A stretch of DNA of 64,000 nt, from contig LCHW01000001.1 of NCBI GenBank assembly GCA_001000675.1, forward strand, positions 360,875 through 424,874, in the 5' to 3' direction. Under the pieces are notes generated by a model. That model searched no databases. It was given only the letters and a program-made list of their open reading frames with translations, and was not told the origin of the DNA. Of the stretch, positions 29,312 through 41,400 are shown piece by piece. A program made the translations under genes and the position numbers. Positions within the stretch are counted from its first letter, which is position 1, and the number at the start of each line of letters is the position of its first letter. Source of the stretch: Candidatus Wolfebacteria bacterium GW2011_GWE2_44_13 (lineage in GTDB: Bacteria > Patescibacteriota > Minisyncoccia > UBA6257 > UBA9933).

Positions 29312-30556
29312 ATGCGCCAATCACATTTATTTACTAAAACAAAGAAAGAATCGCCGAAGGATGAGGAGGCAAAAAATGCCCAATTGTTAATCCGTGCTGG
29401 ATACGTGGATAAGCTTATGGCAGGTGTGTATACACTTTTGCCACTCGGGCTCCGTGTATTTAAAAAAGTAGAGGCTATTATTCGAGAAGAAATGGAGGCA
29501 CTCGGAGCTCAAGAGATTTTTATGCCGACCTTACAGCCAAAGGAGCGCTGGCAGACTACGGGGCGATGGGATGGAATGGACAACCTATTTCGATTTACAA
29601 GTTATCATTCAAAGATTGATTATGCACTTGGTGCAACCCATGAAGAAGTTGTGACGCCGTTGATGAACGACTTTATTTTTTCGTACAAAGACTTGCCGAC
29701 TGCTGTATTTCAAATTCAAAATAAGTTTCGCGATGAAAAGCGTGCAAAGTCTGGCTTGTTGCGTGGACGAGAATTTTTTATGAAAGATCTTTATTCGTTT
29801 CATGCAAACGAGGAAGACATGGATGCATATTATTTGAAAGCGAAAGATGCCTATGCGCGTATTTTTGAACGTGTGGGTCTTGGCGATATCACGTACTTCA
29901 CGTATGCATCAGGAGGAACGTTTTCAAAGTATTCTCATGAGTTTCAAACACTGACCGATGCGGGTGAGGATAGTATCCATATCTGTGATGCATGTCATAT
30001 CGCTATTAATGAAGAAATCATCGCGGAACAGCCAGTATGTCCGGAGTGTGGTAATGATAAACTCCATACTGAAAAAGCCGTTGAAGTGGGAAACATCTTT
30101 AAGCTAAAGACGAAGTACTCGTCTGCTTTTGGCCTTACCTATAAAGATGCTGAAAATACTGCACACGACGTTATTATGGGTTGCTATGGTATTGGCTTGA
30201 ATCGCCTTATGGGAATAATTGTGGAAGTGTATCATGACGATAGTGGCATTATGTGGCCAGAAAGCGTGGCGCCGTATCAAGTGCATTTGGTTAATTTGCA
30301 CGCGCAAAGTGAGGAAACATCAAAATTCGCTGATTCTATCTACAAATCTTTACAGGAGGCAGGGGTTGCGGTATTATATGATGACCGTAAAGAAGCGGGA
30401 ATTGGAGAAAAACTGAAAGACAGCGACCTTGTCGGTATTCCGCTCAGGGCGATTGTCAGTGAAAAGAACGGTATGCAGATTGAGGTAAAGAAGCGAAAAG
30501 AAAAAGATGCTCACTTAGTATCACAGGAACAGCTTCTTTCATTGGTAACGAAATAA
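29312..30556 (+). CDS. proS: proline-tRNA ligase (no editing domain)
   Basis: LLIRAGY, ATHEEV, KFRDEKR..GLLRGREFFMKDLYSF, MGCYGIG. Confidence 0.96.
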   Translation: MRQSHLFTKTKKESPKDEEAKNAQLLIRAGYVDKLMAGVYTLLPLGLRVFKKVEAIIREEMEALGAQEIFMPTLQPKERWQTTGRWDGMDNLFRFTSYHSKIDYALGATHEEVVTPLMNDFIFSYKDLPTAVFQIQNKFRDEKRAKSGLLRGREFFMKDLYSFHANEEDMDAYYLKAKDAYARIFERVGLGDITYFTYASGGTFSKYSHEFQTLTDAGEDSIHICDACHIAINEEIIAEQPVCPECGNDKLHTEKAVEVGNIFKLKTKYSSAFGLTYKDAENTAHDVIMGCYGIGLNRLMGIIVEVYHDDSGIMWPESVAPYQVHLVNLHAQSEETSKFADSIYKSLQEAGVAVLYDDRKEAGIGEKLKDSDLVGIPLRAIVSEKNGMQIEVKKRKEKDAHLVSQEQLLSLVTK

Positions 30557-30570
30557 TAGATTTTATTTTT

Positions 30571-31617
30571 ATGGGATTGTTTAACTATTTTGTAAAGGAT
30601 ATCGGAATTGATTTAGGAACTGCGAACTCATTGGTATACATCAAAGATCGGGGCATTATTATTAATGAACCATCTATCGCAGCGACGAATAATAAAACTG
30701 GGCAGATTCTTGCGATTGGCAATGAAGCGAAAAAAATGCTTGGCCGCACGCCAGCACATATTACTGTTATCAAGCCGTTGGTCAACGGAGTTATTTCGGA
30801 TTTTGAAATGGCGCAAGAACTCTTGCGTTACTTTATGAAGCGCGTAAACAATGACCGTATGTTTAGCTATTACCGAGCTGTTATTGGTATTCCGCCAAAC
30901 TTAACTGAAGTGGAGCGTAAATCTGTTGAAGATGCGGCAATCAACGCCGGCGCAGCAAAAGCTTTTCTTGTGGAAGAGCCTATCGCAGCTGCATTAGGTG
31001 CGCGCCTTCCTATTCAAGAGGCACTTGCTACGATGGTTGTTGATATTGGTGGGGGCACTACAGATATTGCTATTATTTCTATGGGAAGTAGCGTTATTAG
31101 CCGCAGTTTGAAAGTTGCCGGCGATAAATTGAACGACGATATTATTAAGTTTGTTCGAGAAGAATTTAAGTTGCTTATTGGTGAGCCGACAGCAGAAGAA
31201 TTAAAAAAGACTATTGGCTCGGCCATTCCTATGGAAGAACGCATGGAGCTTTCGGTGCGTGGACGCGATATGGGCACTGGATTACCACGCGAAATAATCG
31301 TAAAGAATACGCAAATTCGCGCTGCCATCGGCCGCTCATTGCGACAGATTGTAGAATGCATTAAAGAAACAATTGAAAAAGCTCCGCCAGAATTGGTGGG
31401 AGATATCTATAACCGTGGTATCTATTTGTGTGGTGGCGGAAGCTTGCTTCGCGGACTTGATCAGCTGATCGAAAAAGAAGTTACTGTGCCGGTGACCGTC
31501 ATCGACGATCCGCTTACCGCGGTTGTGCGAGGAACGGGTGTTATTGCGGAAGATATTGATGCATATTCACAATTATTTGTAACGTCACTTAAGCCGCTTG
31601 ATATCACTGTTTCATGA
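30571..31617 (+). CDS. mreB: rod shape-determining actin MreB
   Basis: IGIDLGTAN, EEPIAAALG, VDIGGGTTD, GGGSLLRG. Confidence 0.96.
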   Translation: MGLFNYFVKDIGIDLGTANSLVYIKDRGIIINEPSIAATNNKTGQILAIGNEAKKMLGRTPAHITVIKPLVNGVISDFEMAQELLRYFMKRVNNDRMFSYYRAVIGIPPNLTEVERKSVEDAAINAGAAKAFLVEEPIAAALGARLPIQEALATMVVDIGGGTTDIAIISMGSSVISRSLKVAGDKLNDDIIKFVREEFKLLIGEPTAEELKKTIGSAIPMEERMELSVRGRDMGTGLPREIIVKNTQIRAAIGRSLRQIVECIKETIEKAPPELVGDIYNRGIYLCGGGSLLRGLDQLIEKEVTVPVTVIDDPLTAVVRGTGVIAEDIDAYSQLFVTSLKPLDITVS

Positions 31618-31710
31618 AAAAGCTCGTAAGCTCGTTAGCCGGGGTAAGCTCGTAAGTAAATACGAACCAGGCCCCGGACTCTAAAAAGATTTGTTTCACG
31701 TATTACTACT

Positions 31711-32394
31711 ATGAAAAGAATACTCCTTATCAGCAGTATCGTACTTATCCTTTGGGTAACATTCTTTTCGAATATGTTCATTCCGAAGCACGCACTTGTT
31801 GCCTCTGCAAATTTTGTACGACAGTATTTTAAGGTTGATTTTTATCAGGAGAATATTTTGCTGAAATTGCAAAACGAAAATTTAAAAGCGCAGGTGCAAC
31901 GGATTAAAGAGGATGGTGATGGACCGGCCTCGGCGACGGTGCGTGGAGCACAAATAGAAGCGAAAATATTTTCTACCTATCCGTTTAACATGAAGGATAC
32001 CATTACTATTAATCGAGGATCTGCTGATGGTGTTGAGCCGATGATGATTGCCACGGTTTCTGATTCAGTATTATTGGGGCAAGTAGTGAGCGTTGAAGAA
32101 CGTTCTTCAGTTGTACGTACCATCTTTGATTCACATTGGCAGTTGCCGGTACGCATTGGTTCGGACGCCATTAATGGATTGTTTGAAGGGGGAAGTGACC
32201 CTAAGATAACGCTTGTTGAGAAGCCGGTTAAGGTTGGCGATGGTGTGTTCTCTGCCGCAAAGGAATTTCCTTTAGGTATTAAAATCGGCGAGGTAAAGGA
32301 GGTTAAAGAAGATGCAAGTGGCATCTTTAAAGAAGCTACTATCCGCACTCCGTATGCCGTCGGGGATGTACAGGTTATTTATTTGCAAAAATAA
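31711..32394 (+). CDS. mreC: rod shape-determining protein MreC
   Basis: TM, coiled coil, ITINRGSADGV, FPLGIKIG; follows mreB. Confidence 0.88.
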   Translation: MKRILLISSIVLILWVTFFSNMFIPKHALVASANFVRQYFKVDFYQENILLKLQNENLKAQVQRIKEDGDGPASATVRGAQIEAKIFSTYPFNMKDTITINRGSADGVEPMMIATVSDSVLLGQVVSVEERSSVVRTIFDSHWQLPVRIGSDAINGLFEGGSDPKITLVEKPVKVGDGVFSAAKEFPLGIKIGEVKEVKEDASGIFKEATIRTPYAVGDVQVIYLQK

Positions 32395-32468
32395 ATGACA
32401 GTGCAGTATATTGACAATCGGTCTTTCATTTTTATAATAAAAATACTCTAAAAAATATTCACCCGTAT

Positions 32469-32966
32469 ATGGAAGAAACTACACAGTATAACGCTGGACA
32501 AGATGAACAGGAAGAAGCTCCGGTTCTTACACAAACAGAGCAGCTACAAAAAGAACGCGATGAATATCTTGATGGATGGCAACGCGCTCGTGCGGAATTG
32601 GTAAATTACAAAAAGGATGAATCGAAGCGAATAGATGACATGATGAAATTCGCGAACGGTTCGCTTATCCGAGAGCTGATTATGGTTGTTGATAATTTTG
32701 ACCTTGCTATCGCAGCCATGGAAATGCATGGCGGTGTGGAAAAAGGAATCTATCTCATCAAGGCGCAGCTCGAAGACGTGCTCAAGCAATATGGGCTTGA
32801 AAAAACGCCCGTTGCAATAGGGGATCAATTTGACCCTGCAATACATGAAGCGGTTGTGTCTGTTGATTCGGAACTTGCTTCTGGATCTGTTGTGGAAGAA
32901 GTCGGTCGCGGATATTATTTGCATGGAAAGTTAATACGTCCGTCGCAAGTAAAAGTTGCAAAATAA
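32469..32966 (+). CDS. grpE: nucleotide exchange factor GrpE
   Basis: QRARAELVNYKK, FDPAIHEAV, GYYLHGKLIRPSQV. Confidence 0.95.
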   Translation: MEETTQYNAGQDEQEEAPVLTQTEQLQKERDEYLDGWQRARAELVNYKKDESKRIDDMMKFANGSLIRELIMVVDNFDLAIAAMEMHGGVEKGIYLIKAQLEDVLKQYGLEKTPVAIGDQFDPAIHEAVVSVDSELASGSVVEEVGRGYYLHGKLIRPSQVKVAK

Positions 32967-33168
32967 AAGGGCTTTGCCTCTCTTATAAAAAGAGAGTTGC
33001 AAAACCTTTTACCCCGCCCTCTAGGCTATTACGCTGATGGTGGTGTGGTATGTATGGTATAATCTTAAAAACAACATCTAAATTTATATTTGCGAGCTTA
33101 GAGGGCGGGGTTGCTCATACTTGTTATGAAATTTCCTGCGCTCGATGAGCTTAAAAATTTCAACAAGT

Positions 33169-35034
33169 ATGGCAAAAATACTAGGAATTGACCTTGGAAC
33201 GACCAACTCTGCGATGGCTATCATCGAAGGTGGTGAACCAAAAGTGTTAGAAAATCATGAAGGAAATCGCACGACTCCTTCTATTGTGGCAATCAGCAAA
33301 GCGAACGAACGACTCGTTGGTTTGCTTGCTAAGCGACAAGGTGTTGTGAATCCGAAAAATACTATTTTTTCGGTGAAGCGTCTTATTGGGCGTAAATTTA
33401 ATGATCCGGAAGTGCAAAACGATAAGGCATGGTTGCCTTTTGAAATGCGCGCATCGGAAACAGGAGGCGTGGAAGTGCAAATGGGGGATCGTTGGTATAA
33501 GCCCGAAGAAATTTCGGCAATGATATTGTCAAAGTTAAAGGCTGATGCAGAGGCAAAAGTTGGAGAAACAATTAGCGAAGTAGTTATTACTGTGCCTGCT
33601 TATTTTGATGACTCACAGCGTCAGGCTACAAAGAATGCATGTGAAATTGCTGGGCTTTCTGTAAAGCGCATGATTAACGAGCCAACTGCGGCTGCGCTTG
33701 CGTATGGTCTTAACAAGCAAAAGAACGAAAAAATAGTTGTATACGATCTAGGGGGCGGAACCTTTGACGTTTCTGTGTTGGAAATCGGAGACGATGTTGT
33801 TGAAGTATTAGCTACGGGTGGTGATACGCATCTTGGTGGCGACGATTTTGATAAGACAATCATTCAGTACTTGGTAAGTGAATATAAAAAGCAGGATGGT
33901 ATTGATTTGTCTGGCGATGCACTTGCATTGCAACGATTGAAAGAAGTTGCTGAGCGTGCAAAACACGAATTGTCTACTGCGTTTGAAACCGAAATTAATA
34001 TTCCGTATATCACTTCTGATGCAGCTGGTCCGAAGCATTTCTTGATGAAGTTGACTCGTGCAAAGCTCGAAGAGCTTGTTGGTCCGCACATTGATAAATC
34101 ACTCGAAATTGTTAAGAAAATTGTAAAGGATGCTGGATTGCAGATTGCGGACATTAATGAAGTTGTTTTAGTTGGTGGACAGATTCGTATGCCGAAAATC
34201 CACGACGCCGTGAAAGATCTTTTTGGCAAAGAACCACACAAGGGTATTAACCCGGACGAAGTTGTCGCTATTGGTGCTGCGGTGCAGGCGGGTATTTTCC
34301 AGGGAGAAGTAAAAGATGTACTTTTGTTGGATGTTACCCCGTTGTCTTTTGGTATCGAAACATTCGGTGGTGTGTTTACTGCATTGATTGAAAAAAATAC
34401 CACCATCCCAACACAAAAATCGCAGGTGTTTTCAACTGCTGCAGATAATCAGACATCAGTCGAAATTCATATCCTACAAGGTGAACGACCGATGGCCGCT
34501 GATAACAAAACGCTTGGGCAGTTTATGCTTGATGGTATTCCAACGGCACCGCGCGGCATTCCGCAGATTGAAGTTACGCTTGATATTGATGCAAACGGTA
34601 TTTTAAATGTTTCTGCAAAAGATAAGGCAACAGGAAAAGTACAGTCAGTGCGCATTGAAGCTTCAACGCAGTTGTCGAAAGAAGAAATTGAAAAGCTAAA
34701 ACAGGAAGCTGTTTTGCATGCGGAAGAAGATGCAAAAAAGCGTGCATTAATTGAGGCTCGCAACCATGCTGAGCAATTATTGTATACCGCAGAAAAATCG
34801 CTTAAAGAAGCGAATGAAAAAGTTTCAGAAGAGATAAAGAAAGGTGTGCAAGATGCAATCGATGCATTGAAGGCAGTTAAGGATGGCGAAGATGGGGAAG
34901 CGGTTATCGCGAAAACCGAAGCGCTTTCCACTGAACTTCAAAAAATTGGCTCGGCGATGTATACTCAAGAGGAACCGTCTGCAGAAAAACCGGCAGATGA
35001 AACACCTAACGAGGAAAACACAACCACGCAATGA
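33169..35034 (+). CDS. dnaK: chaperone DnaK
   Basis: [30 protein letters not shown]. Confidence 0.98.
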   Translation: MAKILGIDLGTTNSAMAIIEGGEPKVLENHEGNRTTPSIVAISKANERLVGLLAKRQGVVNPKNTIFSVKRLIGRKFNDPEVQNDKAWLPFEMRASETGGVEVQMGDRWYKPEEISAMILSKLKADAEAKVGETISEVVITVPAYFDDSQRQATKNACEIAGLSVKRMINEPTAAALAYGLNKQKNEKIVVYDLGGGTFDVSVLEIGDDVVEVLATGGDTHLGGDDFDKTIIQYLVSEYKKQDGIDLSGDALALQRLKEVAERAKHELSTAFETEINIPYITSDAAGPKHFLMKLTRAKLEELVGPHIDKSLEIVKKIVKDAGLQIADINEVVLVGGQIRMPKIHDAVKDLFGKEPHKGINPDEVVAIGAAVQAGIFQGEVKDVLLLDVTPLSFGIETFGGVFTALIEKNTTIPTQKSQVFSTAADNQTSVEIHILQGERPMAADNKTLGQFMLDGIPTAPRGIPQIEVTLDIDANGILNVSAKDKATGKVQSVRIEASTQLSKEEIEKLKQEAVLHAEEDAKKRALIEARNHAEQLLYTAEKSLKEANEKVSEEIKKGVQDAIDALKAVKDGEDGEAVIAKTEALSTELQKIGSAMYTQEEPSAEKPADETPNEENTTTQ

Positions 35035-36017
35035 ACTTACTCAATAAACCAGCGAATGCTTACACCATAGGCATTTCCGGATCAATCAAAATAGGTATAC
35101 TCGCCTTTGTTGGTATCGTTTTTGCACTCGGATTTAGCTGGTTTTTTCGAGAGTTTCTTTTGACGGGTGAGTGGACAAAGATGCTTTGGAGCGGGTTGTC
35201 TTCGATCGGATTTTTAGTAGTGTTTACGTTGCAAACATTTTTTATGCGTTCAAACACGCATTTTGCAGTGGCGTTCTTCTTACAAAGTCTTGCGCTGATT
35301 TCCTTTTTCTTTGCATTATCCGTACCAATCATGACACTCTTTGTTGTGGTATATGGTGGTTTGCTGAGTGCGAGCTATAGCGGACGAAAGATGCTCGACA
35401 ATATGCTTACGATTGATTTTTGGAGTATTAGTAAATTGGTTGTACCAAAAGGAATTATTGCTATTACGTTATTGGCGAGTGTCTTCATTCCGCTCCATTT
35501 ACAAGCGCATCGTGATTCAATACCGGTATCATCGGCTACATTTGATAAAGTACTCGCTTCGAGTAGTAGTTTTATTAAATATTTCTATAAGGATTTTGAT
35601 ACATCGAAGACGGTTGATGAGCTTGCGCGCACTGCGACTGAACAGCAGCTGAGCGAAAAATTTCCTCAGGTAAATGCATTAAAGCCTCGAGAAAAAACAC
35701 TTTTGATTAATGAAGCAATGAAGGGCTTGTATGAGCAGCTCTTTAACTACACGGGTGTACAAATTAATCCAAAAGATCCTGTTGCAGTAGCTGCGTACGG
35801 TGTGCTACAAGAAAAATATTTTGCGTTACGTGACGAAGTGAAATTGTGGATATTTATTATCTTTGGTGCCGTTATCTTCATTTCTATTGCAAGCATTATG
35901 ATGCCGCTTCGCATCCTCGTCGCACTCATTGCATTCTTTGTGTATGAAGTCATGATTGCACTCGGCTTTGCGCGCGTGGTCATCGAAAGCCGGTCAAAAG
36001 AAACGTTTGTGCTCTAA
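35031..36017 (+). CDS. hypothetical multi-pass membrane protein
   Basis: ATGA overlap with the dnaK stop; about 6 hydrophobic segments. Confidence 0.75.
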   Translation: MNLLNKPANAYTIGISGSIKIGILAFVGIVFALGFSWFFREFLLTGEWTKMLWSGLSSIGFLVVFTLQTFFMRSNTHFAVAFFLQSLALISFFFALSVPIMTLFVVVYGGLLSASYSGRKMLDNMLTIDFWSISKLVVPKGIIAITLLASVFIPLHLQAHRDSIPVSSATFDKVLASSSSFIKYFYKDFDTSKTVDELARTATEQQLSEKFPQVNALKPREKTLLINEAMKGLYEQLFNYTGVQINPKDPVAVAAYGVLQEKYFALRDEVKLWIFIIFGAVIFISIASIMMPLRILVALIAFFVYEVMIALGFARVVIESRSKETFVL

Positions 36018-36104
36018 GATGGATACGGTTGTAAAACCGTATCCATTGAGTAGCGATAGTTTACTTGTGGTAATTCCCGTATATACGGGAATTTAAAAAA
36101 ACAA

Positions 36105-37202
36105 ATGAGCAACGATTATTATAAAATTCTTGGCGTAGAAAAATCCTCATCTGATGAGGATATTAAAAAAGCATACAGAAAGCTTGCGCATCAATATCAT
36201 CCTGATAAAACAGGAGGGGATGAAAAGAAATTCAAGGAAATCAACGAAGCATATCAAACGCTTTCCAATAAAGAAAAGCGTGCCCAGTATGACCGTTTTG
36301 GGAATACGGCACAGGGCGCTGGTGGACCAGGCGGATTTGGTGGGTTTTCTCAAGGCGGCTTTGATTTTCAGGGTGGCGATTTTGGCGATCTCGGAGATAT
36401 CTTCGAAACCTTTTTTAATGGCATGGGTGGGCAGCAAAAACGACGTACGTATGCACATGGCTCTGATATGGAAATGGTGCAAGAAATTACGCTTGAAGAT
36501 GCGTATCGAGGTATAGAAAAAAACGTTACGTACAAAACAAATATTCATTGTGCGCAGTGTAAAGGGCTTGGGCACGATGCCAAGGCGACATTTTCACAGT
36601 GTAAAAAGTGTGATGGACGAGGTGAAGTGCGTGAAACACGCAGTACTTTTTTTGGAAATTTTGCGCAAGTACGAACGTGTACAGAGTGTCATGGTGTCGG
36701 ACAAATTCCCGATAAACGCTGCTCGTCGTGTTCTGGATCAGGTGTTGTTCGTGGCGAAAAGAAAATTGCGGTTAAGATATTGCCGGGTATTGCTGATGGG
36801 CAGATCATTAAAATGGTTGGCGCCGGAGAGGCAGGTGAGCGAGGATCGCAAGAAGGCGATTTGTTTTTGCATGTGCGCGTAAAACCGCATGCAATCTTTA
36901 GTCGACAAGATGACCATTTGATTATTGAAAAGGAAATACAGCTTATTAATTTGTTGGCATATTTTTCTGACAGTGAAGCGCATCCGATCTACGTCACTAC
37001 GATTTCAGGAGGAAAGCTTGCGCTGGATATTCCGCGTGACTTCACCTTTAATAAACCATTTAAGGTGACGAGTGAAGGTATGCCTCACTTTAATCGTTCT
37101 GGAAAAGGAGATCTCTTCGTGCATTTCAAAATTGTCCCACCGCATAAAATGAGTAAAGATGCAAAACGTCTTCTTGAGGAATTGCGCAATGAAATGCGAT
37201 AA
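36105..37202 (+). CDS. dnaJ: chaperone DnaJ
   Basis: HPD J-domain, G/F region, four CxxCxGxG. Confidence 0.97.
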   Translation: MSNDYYKILGVEKSSSDEDIKKAYRKLAHQYHPDKTGGDEKKFKEINEAYQTLSNKEKRAQYDRFGNTAQGAGGPGGFGGFSQGGFDFQGGDFGDLGDIFETFFNGMGGQQKRRTYAHGSDMEMVQEITLEDAYRGIEKNVTYKTNIHCAQCKGLGHDAKATFSQCKKCDGRGEVRETRSTFFGNFAQVRTCTECHGVGQIPDKRCSSCSGSGVVRGEKKIAVKILPGIADGQIIKMVGAGEAGERGSQEGDLFLHVRVKPHAIFSRQDDHLIIEKEIQLINLLAYFSDSEAHPIYVTTISGGKLALDIPRDFTFNKPFKVTSEGMPHFNRSGKGDLFVHFKIVPPHKMSKDAKRLLEELRNEMR

Positions 37203-37240
37203 GTGGCATACGAACACCTAACCCCTATTGTATAGAGCAT

Positions 37241-37696
37241 ATGGAAAAATCAACCGCACGATTTCTTGTTCTTGGCTGTACACTTCTTTTTGTGAGTGTG
37301 CTGCAGTTTTTAGACATAGCAATCTTTGGTGTTGTTCCTAATATGTTGCTTGTGGTGATTGTTACAATGGCTCTATTTTTGCGGGATTTTTTGCACGAAC
37401 TTTTTCTCCTTTCTCTCGCATCTTTTTTACTAAAGTTTTCTCCTGTGGTGAATCGTGAAATACTTGCCTTCTTTTTTATCGGACTTATTATTATACTTAT
37501 TGAGAGAAAATTGCCGTGGCACACACTTGTGAACGGCATTTTTTTGACGTTTTTTGCTACGATTGCGCTCTATGTATTTGTTGATCGGGCTTCGATAGCT
37601 TCCCTTATGTTTGCGAAGGAATTGGGTTATAATGTACTACTGACGTACGCGTTGTATCATGGGTTTGTATTCTTCCGGTTGTTTCGACATCGATAA
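37241..37696 (+). CDS. MreD-like membrane protein
   Basis: LQ....IFGVVPNMLLV motif, about 5 TM segments, 151 aa. Confidence 0.6.
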   Translation: MEKSTARFLVLGCTLLFVSVLQFLDIAIFGVVPNMLLVVIVTMALFLRDFLHELFLLSLASFLLKFSPVVNREILAFFFIGLIIILIERKLPWHTLVNGIFLTFFATIALYVFVDRASIASLMFAKELGYNVLLTYALYHGFVFFRLFRHR

Positions 37697-37752
37697 CCAC
37701 TGGAGTATCTATTGTATTCACGAATCGATTACCATAACGACATAAGTATTAT

Positions 37753-38436
37753 ATGACTAGCGAACCGCAATATTACGAGCTAACCGACGAACTTATTCAA
37801 GATGGTTATTTAAAGACCCCCGAGCTTATCGAATCATTTGAGCACATCGATCGTGCCGATTTTGTTCCCGACGACCAAAAAGAATTTGCTCATTGCAATA
37901 CGCCGCTTGCCATTGGATTTAATCAAACGATTTCACAACCACTCTCAGTGGCTTTTATGCTTGAGCTGTTACAACCAAAAGCAGGGGAACATATTCTTGA
38001 TATTGGCGCAGGGAGCGGATGGCAAACGGCCATCTTAGCAGATGTGGTGAGTAAAAAAACTGCAGAGGGAACGGGCGTTGCTACTGATAGTGAGTTGTCG
38101 CTTGGTTCTGTGGTTGCTGTTGAGCGAGTGCCTGAGCTAAAAGCCTTTTCCGAAGTTAATATCGATAAGTACGGATTTATTCGACAAAATATTGCACAAG
38201 TTGTTTTAGGGGATGGCACAAAAGGGTATAAAAACAGCGCTCCCTACGACAAGATTATTGCATCAGCAAGCTCAGAAGGCGATGTCCCGGTGTTGTGGAA
38301 GCGACAGTTAAAAATTGGAGGACGTATCGTTGCTCCAGTTGGTAGTAGTATTGTTGTTATCGATAAAATTTCAAAATTGAAATATACAAAGAAAGAATAT
38401 TTTGGATTTAACTTCACGCCACTAGTAGTCTCGTAA
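37753..38436 (+). CDS. pcm: protein-L-isoaspartate O-methyltransferase
   Basis: QTISQP, LDIGAGSGWQTA, APYDKI, QLKIGGRIVAPVG. Confidence 0.93.
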   Translation: MTSEPQYYELTDELIQDGYLKTPELIESFEHIDRADFVPDDQKEFAHCNTPLAIGFNQTISQPLSVAFMLELLQPKAGEHILDIGAGSGWQTAILADVVSKKTAEGTGVATDSELSLGSVVAVERVPELKAFSEVNIDKYGFIRQNIAQVVLGDGTKGYKNSAPYDKIIASASSEGDVPVLWKRQLKIGGRIVAPVGSSIVVIDKISKLKYTKKEYFGFNFTPLVVS

Positions 38437-38466
38437 AAGTAAAAAATTCTTAAACAACAACCCACC

Positions 38467-41400
38467 ATGAAAGAGAAAAAACCTATCATAAAAACACCCG
38501 CTTCAGATAATCCGTACGAGGTCTTTCTTTCGCCGGAAAAACTTGCAGAGAAGCGTGCAAAGCAAGCGGAATTGGCGCGCGCCGAGGTGGCAGAGCAATC
38601 TCAAGAAGAAGTGGAGCAACCACAACAACTAGTGACAACTACAGAAGAATCGATGGAAGAAACAAAAAGCGAAACAATCGTACGTGAACAAACCGTTGCG
38701 GATGCTGAATCGTTTACGCCGGAGGAGAAAAAAATGACCGCTACGGAAATGCGGGAAGCGCGCGAACGTGAAGAGGAGGGAATCGCCGCGCTTGCGCAGG
38801 ATCTTTTTGAAAAACGTATGCAAGGCCATGGGGCAGAAATGGTTGACGCAATATTGATAGAAAATGGGATTACGCCCTGGACTCCCGAAGCGGAGGAGTT
38901 TATGCGCAAATGGGATTGGGAGCAAGCAGCGGCAAAACTCGCTCCTATTGAACAGGATCGACAGACAGCGATTGAGCAGGTCAATGGAATTGAACCGAAA
39001 AAGCTTATTGAGTTATCTGAGAAAGAAGAGGGTGTTATTGCTGTGCAGCTCGCTCAATTTAATATGCAGCCCGCTGACTTAGAGCAGATAAGCGGATTTG
39101 ATACATTGTCCTATGGGCAACGACTTCTTGTGATTGAAAATTTGCGACAAGCTACGCTCGGGCGCATTCAAGAGGAGGCTACTGACAGGCATCGTGCTGA
39201 AGTTGCTGGTGCTGCATGGTACGGTAAAATTTGGCGTAATGCATTTTCTAAATTACGTATTGCGAAGCATGAAAAAGAGACTGCACAAGAAATAATGCAA
39301 GGTGGGCTAGCGCATCATCGAGAGGTGCTTGCGCAACTAACAACGGGCGCAGAAAATATGGGCCTCGATGTTCTTGTTGAAAAAGACGGCTCGTTGACGG
39401 TTCAATATTTAGGAAAAAATGAATTATTGAGCCCAGCTGAACAAGAGCAGGTGGCTAAGTTTAATACTGCTGCTCAAAAGTTTAGCACCGTTCCCGCTGA
39501 GTGGTCGTTTGCACCTGAAGGATCAAAAGAATATAAGGAATATACAAAAGCATTTCAAGAATTCGATCAATTTAAGCGAACGCTCCTCGCTACGGAAGGA
39601 AATATTTTTGGCGAGAAGAACGCGATGCATGCGATGTCCAACGCAGATTTTAAGATTCGCAGTAATCAATTTTTTAATACGCACCCTGATGCAATGAAGG
39701 AGTTGGTTGCGATTAAGTCCGACGCAATTTGGACTCGTGGACTAGGGGATATGTTTAAGGAGCGTGGAGCGCAAACATCCCTTGGGTATATTGGACGCGC
39801 CATGGGTGCGAGCTTGCTTGGGAAAGCAGCTGCATTACCTATTGTTGGAGGGGTTATTGGTATGTTTATGGCGCGCAAACGCGCGAAGGAGTCATTGCAT
39901 ACGCAAGAACGACAGATGCGCGGCGGAAAAAATGTTGATGCGCGTTTTGCGGATATGATGTACACCACTGTTCCTGCTACTACGCTCGGCGAAAAGCTTG
40001 AACGTGCATTACATGCTGTTTCTACGAGTGAGCCAGATTCAGAACAACACAAGAAAGCGCTTGCAACACTACGTGCGCGTCTTGAGTATAGTCAATTTAA
40101 ACTGGAAGAAGGGCGGATTGATTTCGGAAGTCGCGAAGTGCATACAGGCAACCAATATGATCTATTTGATAAAATAGGCGCTGGTTTTGCATTGCTTGAA
40201 CAAACTGCTATTACGGACGAATTGGAAAGTGAAGAGAAGGCGGGTAAGCGATTTAATCGGCTGGATAAAATGTTCACTGCGGAACAAAATACGGTAGAGG
40301 ATTTGCGACGCATATATAAAAATAAAGAGATGCTCAAGGGTATGGCGATTGGGGCTACCTTTTCTATCGTTGGTTATCTTATTGCCGATACGCTTGCGGG
40401 CACTGGAAATGCGCATGCAGCAACCGGACCGGAGAGTGTGCCTGCAATTAAAAAATCCATCAATCTAGCCGGCGAACCGGGAGCGCATACTGCGCGAGTT
40501 AACGGTGTCGCAGGCGCTGTTGGAAAAGTTGCTGCGCTGTCTTCAGTTGGGGAAAAGGTAGGAGGTGGGGTGGCGAATGTGGCTGCTACTGAGTCTGCTT
40601 CACTAAACTTTGTTGAAGGTGGCAATATCGCAGCTGCAACGACTGAACAAAGCGAGATAAGCGGCGCAGGTGCTGCAGGGAAGGTTGCCGCATTGTCGGC
40701 AGTTGGAGAGCAGGCGAATGTGGCTACCCCTGAATCTGCACCACTAAATTTTGTTGAGGGTGGTAATATTGCAGCTGCGCAAGAAACTATCCCGACCGTT
40801 GCGACTATTGGTGCGCGCGGCGCAGAGGGTTCGATTATTGATACGTTGAAAACAAACCCTGAACTTGCGAAAAAACTTGGATGGGACGGCGTGACCGATC
40901 TAAAAGAGTGGTCTGGTAAGGAAGCGCACGCGCTTTGGCTTGCTGATGCAAAAGAGCAACTTGCAAAGCCAGAGATGATCGAGAAATTAAAAAATGCAGG
41001 GTATACGCCTGATGCAAAGGGCTATGCGGAAGCTATGCAACATATTGCGAAGGGTTCAATTGCAATTGACCCCATTACAAAGACGATTAATTTAGAGAAT
41101 ATCGAATTTGTTAAAGCTCGCGTTACCGTGATCCCTTCAGTTGTGCCAGTGGAACAACCTGTTGCCGCCCCACAAATTGTGAGTGGGCATGCAGTAGAGG
41201 ATAGTCTTCCTAAGACGGCTATACCTGTAGCTGTAGCTCCGCAAATCGTTGGTGGGAGTGAAGCTGTCGCTGAAGCCGTAGCCCCGCAAATTGTAAGTGG
41301 AAGCGCTGTTGAAACAGTTACTGCTCCTGCCCCTACTGCAGAAGCTGAACTAACAAAAACAGAAGCTGTCACAAGTGCACCTGTAAATAAGGAAGCTGTT

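Noticed and set aside
31620-31680. AGCTCGT repeated three times between mreB and mreC
   Set aside because: Too short and irregular to assign a function
32395-33168. CIRCE operator for grpE/dnaK
   Set aside because: No TTAGCACTC-N9-GAGTGCTAA visible
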